From contig CM119266.1 of NCBI GenBank assembly GCA_051294375.1, forward strand, positions 25,064,659 through 25,128,658: a DNA stretch of 64,000 nt, read 5' to 3'. Below the pieces are notes generated by a model. That model did no database searches, was not told where the DNA came from, and was given only the letters and a program-made list of their open reading frames with translations. Below are positions 57,777-64,000 of this stretch, piece by piece. The position numbers and the translations under genes are program-made. Position 1 is the stretch's first letter; the number at the start of each line of letters is the position of its first letter. The DNA comes from Paraspadella gotoi. Its lineage: Eukaryota > Animalia > Chaetognatha.

Positions 57777-58606
57777 GTAAGTTAAACGTTTAAAACAAAT
57801 GACGACGACGACCCTGTACGATTTTTTTTGGTCTGCCTTAACGACTTTAAAAACGAACTTGACTTTACTTTACAAAAGAACACGATTACAGCGACGGATG
57901 GTTAAGAAGATTAATTCTCTTTCTCTCGCGTCCGGTTTTGACAACAAAAAAAAAAAGAAAAAAGTTTTGAAAAAGAAAGATGGTTTTTGGCTTTCTCCTT
58001 CATAATGAAAAAAAGGGCCCTTTGGTTCATTTTCTGGGTTTTTTTTTTACGTAGTTTAATTTGTGCTTGTCAAAGAAAAGGCTAGGAAAAAAGTAAAACG
58101 CCGAAATCAGATTAGATGCCTGAGTTGTTGAAGCAAAACTGAAAAAAATATTTACCGATTTCAATGATCACTGAATTCACAATCGTGATCCTTTTCTGTA
58201 GATCGAGCTTAATTTTCTACCATTTCCATTGAGGCTTCAATCACAATTCACGTTCTTATCTNNNNNNNNNNCGTGATCCTTTTCTGTAGGTCGAGCTAAA
58301 TTTTCTTCCAATTTCCATTGAGGCTTCAATCACAATTTCACGTTCTTATCTTCACAAAATACCTTCCCTCACACTTTGCCTCATCACAACGATTTTACTC
58401 TTTTCTTATCTCACATTTTTCTCGTCCCTCTTCGCCCTCACACTTTATTTTTACTCCTTCCCTTTTTCCCCTCATTTCTTTCCCTTCACTTTGCCGACGA
58501 TTGAACTCGTATGGCAGCCACGTTCTCCCAAAAGCCTCAATTTTGTAAACCTTTTCATTCATTCATAATCTTTTCTTTATTCAGACACCGGTCTAGGTCT
58601 CTCTCT

Positions 58607-58654
<48 letters not shown>

Positions 58655-59918
58655 ATTCTTTCCGGTTGTCTTCTTTCCTCCTATTTCCGCCTCCGTGTTT
58701 TTTTCCCCTTTCCCCTTCTCACTATTTTTTCTTCTTCTTCGAATTTACTTCCATCCTGTTAAAGATGTTACACTCGCGTATTTCATCTTCCTTTTTCCCC
58801 CTTACCCTTCTCGCTCACAGTATACTTTTAACTCTCTCTCTCCTTTTTCGTTTCTTCCTCTCTCTCCCTCTTCCTCTCCCCCCCTATCCTCCCCTATTTC
58901 TTTCCTTTCCTCCAACTCTTCATCCGCACATAGCTTCCTCCTTTTCCCGAAATTCCGAAATAAATTATTAAGATGAGCCGAAACGTTTTCCGGTCGGTCG
59001 GTAGGTCGAGCGAAAGAATAAGCGGGGGAGGGGGGGCAAAACAGGGATGGGGGTGGAGGGGCAAGTCTGTCGGGCGAACCCGGACGGTCGATAAAAGGGT
59101 CGGGGCAACTTGGCTCGCCAACGATGACAAGGAAGTGGAATTGAATTAAAACGAGAAATGAAAAAGGAAAGCAAAACAACGATAGGTATACTATACATAT
59201 ACGGACGACGTGCATTCTATAAAAAGCAATTGAACAGACGAACCGATCAAATTAATTAAATAAGTCAGATCGGGGAGGGCTGAGGTAAAATCCGATAGAA
59301 AATAAAGATTCCCATGTTTGCTTATTCCTAATTTATCCAGTACGTATGATAAGAAATGTATCTCACCTTCAAGTTTTTTTTGCAATGAATTCGTTGGCAT
59401 TGTGATTACCGACTCGTGACCAAAGCATCTGGCATGAAGTCTTCGAGCCTAACGCTTTACGAAAGCGACTTTGCGTTTCGGTCTCCCTAGGAACATTGCC
59501 ATACAATACCATTTTCCCCATATTGATGAATGATTGATGAACTAGAAATTTATATTACATTAAAAAATTGTGATGAAAATTAATAAGCAAGGCTAGAACG
59601 TTGAGCAAAATATGACAAAATTAAATCGACAAGCTAATTTAAGATTAGTCAATTGACTGTCTTTGGCCTCCGCTTCAAATCTCAAATCGATCCCGCGTAC
59701 AAAGGTTACACAAAAGATAAATGACCAGGAAACTCAACTGCAATATGCAAGGATGTTGCGAGAAGGAACGGAAAAAAGGGATGAAACATTAACGAGACGA
59801 AATCGGAATAAGAAAAAGAGAAGCCGTTAAATTCGCGCCTCCTAGCGTAAAAAAAAGGGAAAAACTGGTGGAGGAAAAAAAATATGTACAAGTTCAAAAA
59901 AAAGGAATAACTTTTGCG

Positions 59919-60010
59919 GAGGAAAGGAAAGGAAAGGAAAGGAAAGGAAAGGAAAGGAAAGGAAGGAAGGAAAGGAAGGAAAGGAAGGAAAGGAAGGAAA
60001 GGAAGGAAAG
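59919..60010 (+). repeat. (GGAAA)n / (GGAAGGAAA)n purine repeat
   Basis: Read directly from the sequence. Confidence 0.9.
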
Positions 60011-60248
60011 AATGGAGGATGTCATTAAGGTAGGAGAGGAAGGAAGATAAATAGGAAGCGAGAAAGCAAAAAAAAAAGGAAGGGTAAAATGTTAAGTGGA
60101 AATTAAGAAAAAATAAAAGAAGGAATGACGGAGTAAAAGTAGGGAGAAAAATGAAAGGGAGTAAGGAAGAACTGAAGGAAGAAAGGAAAGATTGGTAAGT
60201 TAAGGTATGTAAAAATCAAAATTTGGGCAAATCGAGATTCGATCCGTT

Positions 60249-60514
60249 AAAACCGCCTCAAAGAATTTCCATGAGCCGGCGACGCGTTTCGTGTCATCGC
60301 GTGACGCGAAACGAAAATCGAAAAGTCAGGAGGGAAAACGGATCGGGCGGAATTCCATCTACGTAATACCTGTTTTCTTTTTTCTTTTTCCCCTTTTTTC
60401 CTTTCTCCTCCTTTTCCCTTTTCTTTCCTCCCTCTATTTCCTTCTCTCTTCTCCGCGTTTAATGTACCGTGACCCAAAGTTATCCTGCCGTGTGTTGACG
60501 CTACTTCCGCGCGC

Positions 60515-60584
<70 letters not shown>

Positions 60585-60876
60585 TGAGAGAGAGAGAGTC
60601 GGGCCGTTATTTACGTTAGCGCGAAACGTCGCTCTTTCAATGACTCAAGATTAAACTAGTAGGGGAGGGACTGATGTAGAGGACAGGCTAGTGGTGAACG
60701 AGTTGAAAGGAAAATTAGATTGAGGTAAGAATCACGTGAAAACATAAGGTTTGGTAAAGAGAGGTAGAGAATTACACTTTAAACAAAATAAATAAATAAA
60801 TAAATTAGATATGAATGGAATAGACAGTTAATTGAAAAGGAAAAAGTTAAGTTCTCGACGGAATGGATCGTTGTCG

Positions 60877-60914
<38 letters not shown>

Positions 60915-61559
60915 GACTTTTTTTAAAACCGAAATCGAATTTGATCAGAAAAAGAAAAAAAAAGAAAAGAAAACAGTGAGATCGCGTTGCAACTTTTTTT
61001 TTTTTGTCTAGTTTGTGTACGTAAACAAATCGCTCGATTTGTTTTTTAGACAAAATGCAAAGTTGCACACTCACCATGACGCGAGTTTGAGTCGACGACG
61101 ACGACGACAACGACGCCGCCCTCGAAACTGCGTAGAAGCTCGTAAAACTAAATGGACAAACAAAAGAGCCACTTCGGTTTGCGACGAAGACGATGGCGAC
61201 GACATAGACGAAACCAAAGATTTATTTTTTCCTATTTATATTTATATTTACGACGAGATATAAAGCAAATGAACAAAAACCGCCTCCAAAGAATTTCCAT
61301 GAGCCGGCGACCGCGTTCTCGTGTCATCGCGTGACGCGAAACCGAAAATCGAAAATGTCAGGAGGGAAAACGGATCGGGCGGAATTCCATCTACGTAAAT
61401 ACCTGTTTTTTCTTCTTTTCGTTTCTTCCCCTTTTTTCCTTTCTTCCTCCTTTTCCCTTTTCTTTCTCTCCTCTATTCTCCTTCTCTCTTCTCCGCGTTT
61501 AATTGTACCGTGACCGCAAAGTTATCCCTGCCGTGTGTTGACGCTACTTCCGCCGCGGC

Positions 61560-61610
<51 letters not shown>

Positions 61611-62297
61611 ACTCCGGGCCGTTATTTACGTTAGCGCGCAAACGTCGCTCTTTCAATGACTCAGATTAAAACTAGTAGGGAGGGACTGATGTAGAGGACA
61701 GGCTAGTGGTGAAGCGAGTTGAAAGGAAAATTAGATTACTTGAGGTAAGAATCACGTGAAAACATAAGGTTTGGTAAAGAGAGGTAGAGAATTACACTTT
61801 AAACAAAATAAATAAATAAATAAATTAGATATGAATGGAATAGACAGTTAATTGAAAAGGAAAAAGTTAAAGTTCTCGACGGAATGGATCGTTGTCGTCG
61901 TCATCGTCGTCGTCGTCGTCGTGTCGTCGGATGACTTTTTTTAAAACCGAAATCGAATTTGATCAGAAAAAAGAAAAAAAAGAAAAGAAAACAGTGAGAT
62001 CTGCGTTGCAAACTTTTTTTTTTGTCTAGTTTGTGTACGTAAACAAATCGCTCGATTTGTTTTTTAGAAAAATGCAAAGTTGCACACATCACCATGACGC
62101 GAGTTTGGAGTCGACGACGACGACGACAAGCGACGCCGCCCTCGAAACTGCGTAGAAGCTCTGTAAAACAAATGGACAAACAAAAGAGCCACTTCGGTTT
62201 GCGACGAAGAACGATGGCGACGACATAGACGAAACCAAAGATTTATTTTTTCCTATTTATATTTATATTACGACGAGATATAAAGCAAATGAACAAA
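60249..62297 (+). repeat. ~1.03 kb tandem duplication (60249-61277 vs 61276-62297)
   Basis: Near-identical copies differing by small indels. 62298-62454 is also repeated at 63816-63974, across a 25-N gap. Confidence 0.88.
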
Positions 62298-64000
62298 TAT
62301 CGCTACGGTTTTATGAATGAATTATAAGAAGAAGAAAACAACACGTAAAACTAAAAAACCTCAACACGTCGCATCGACCCTGTAAGTTAAAGAAACATTC
62401 AATAAGAGTCAGGCTCGAATCCGCCCCGATTGTTTCTATTGCCGACGAGAGCGACCCCCCACTGGCGGAGGCCAACCACCACATTTACCTTGGGCCCCCC
62501 GGGTAGCCCAGGAGGTGGGGAGGGGCGAGCCCGGAGTTAAAACTCATCGGATCAATACGACAGAATATTACGAGGGATAGTAGTATTCAACATATATATT
62601 CATATATTGTGAGTAAACCAGAAGCGGAGAGAGTAGGGGGTTAGGGAGAGGGAGGAGTAGCCGGACCGAGTCGAAGTTGGCCTGATTTCAGTATTAAGCG
62701 CGAATTTAAATTGAATTCGTCAAAGAGGAGAATAGAGTTTTACCAGTAGTTAAGATTTGAATTATTGGCCCCATTTTACTTATATGAGGAGTTTGAATTT
62801 GACTACTCGCGTCCACATGTCTTGTCGGCAGCTTTTTAATTCTCTTTAATCGATCTACCGGGATATATAACCTCTTGCGGTCTGTTCGCGTAAAGCAATC
62901 CGAAACTTATGTGATGATTAATATAAACTCAGTCCCCACAAATTCATTATTTGCGTAGGATTTGATGATCCGATCGTGAGGATGATTTTATAGTTTTTTG
63001 TTTCGGTGTTTTCGAATGTTCGTACATTCTTTTAGATGATGAAAGATTGCAGAAGAGAGAGAGAAGATTTGTGGACGATGCAGAGCCAGAGAGAGTAGAA
63101 GTGATAGAAAGCGAAGAATAAGCAGGTAAGACACAGACCAGGAGAGAAAGGATGCATTTTTTCTCTAAAGGTGCTGGTTTTTCGTTTCTACACCATAGTC
63201 ATAAGTTTGAATCCAATTTTGCAAGAGCACATAAGTAAGACACACAACGAAACAAAGAATGAAGGGATAAGGCGCCACACTTGTTTGCGAGCTTTGTAGC
63301 TCTCATCCAAAACACTCTGCGCGAAAGTCTGTTCGTTGTGTGGTCGTTTCTATTACGTGTGACTTCGGGGATCCTGTTTCGCTTTTCTTCTTCTCTCCTG
63401 GCTCTCTCCTCTTCCTTCCACCTTTTATCTTTCTTCCTCACTTTCTTCTTTCCCTCTCATACTTTTCTCTCTCTTCGCTTCGTCTTCTCTTCTCAGTCTC
63501 TTACCTCATCATCCCTCGCCTCTTTCATTCCTTCTCTTCTTCTTCGACTCTCGACACTCTCGCTACCCGATCTTCCTCTCGCCTCTTCTTTCACCTATCT
63601 TCATTCATGACTAATCTGTGTGAGGAATTCCTTTGCTTGCTCGGCCTCTCTCCTGTATCCTCATAAAAACGTCCGTCTCGTTCTGACATTCCTATTTTCT
63701 CTGGCTCTCTTTCTTTCTTGGATATTCTCCCTCTCCTCTCTCTGCTCTCTCTCCGTCATCTGCTCTCCATTTTCTCTCTCTTTCTCTCTCNNNNNNNNNN
63801 NNNNNNNNNNNNNNNTATTCGCTACCGGTTTTATGAATGAATTATAAGAAGAAGAAAAAAAAACAACCGTAAAACTAAAAAACACAAACGTCGCATCGAC
63901 CCTGTAAGTTAAGAAACATTCAATAAGAGTCAGGCTCGAATCCGCTCCGATTGTTTCTATTGCCGACGAGAGCGATAAAAACTCAATCGCAATCAATACA

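Noticed and set aside
58183-58350. ~80-bp direct repeat
   Set aside because: It flanks a 10-N gap and is an unmerged contig overlap.
62455-62536. GC-rich stretch giving collagen-like triplets (GPPGSPGG...GEPGVK on +; PPGLPGGPK|gtaaat on -)
   Set aside because: No continuous Gly-X-Y register and no acceptor. The duplicate at 63960-64000 lacks this ~82 bp, so it looks like a low-quality read burst.

Overview
This is eukaryotic animal DNA, probably invertebrate. It is rich in (GA/TC)n, (GAC/GTC)n and (ATT)n microsatellites, which looks crustacean-like, but the taxon is only an inference. The assembly is a noisy, gap-filled draft. Almost the whole window is the 5' part of one + strand clade-A-type fibrillar collagen gene. 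A signal-peptide exon (CDS 950-1055, missed by the ORF track) is followed by an apparent ~52 kb intron 1. Eight further exons (53510-57776) encode a 10-Cys vWFC domain, an acidic Tyr-rich linker, a minor triple helix, an N-telopeptide with a cross-link Lys, and the start of the major Gly-X-Y helix up to the KGHR site. The exons splice in frame to 342 aa, and the gene continues beyond the window. Main points of interest: (1) the start codon lies in a 12-bp hairpin that also contains a uORF stop, resembling the vertebrate collagen 5' stem-loop layout; (2) one intron is GC-AG; (3) a minimal, probably decayed hammerhead ribozyme of Penelope type lies antisense in intron 1; (4) symmetric exons encode a collagen V/XI-like acidic variable region. 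Much of intron 1 (about 6.4-35.7 kb and 44.4-50.4 kb) and 60.2-64 kb contains exact or error-laden duplicated/inverted copies or otherwise noisy read-like sequence, often beside 25-N gaps. These are most likely assembly artefacts. Apart from the three that overlap collagen exons in frame (53425, 54505, 56065), the tracked ORFs appear to be spurious.
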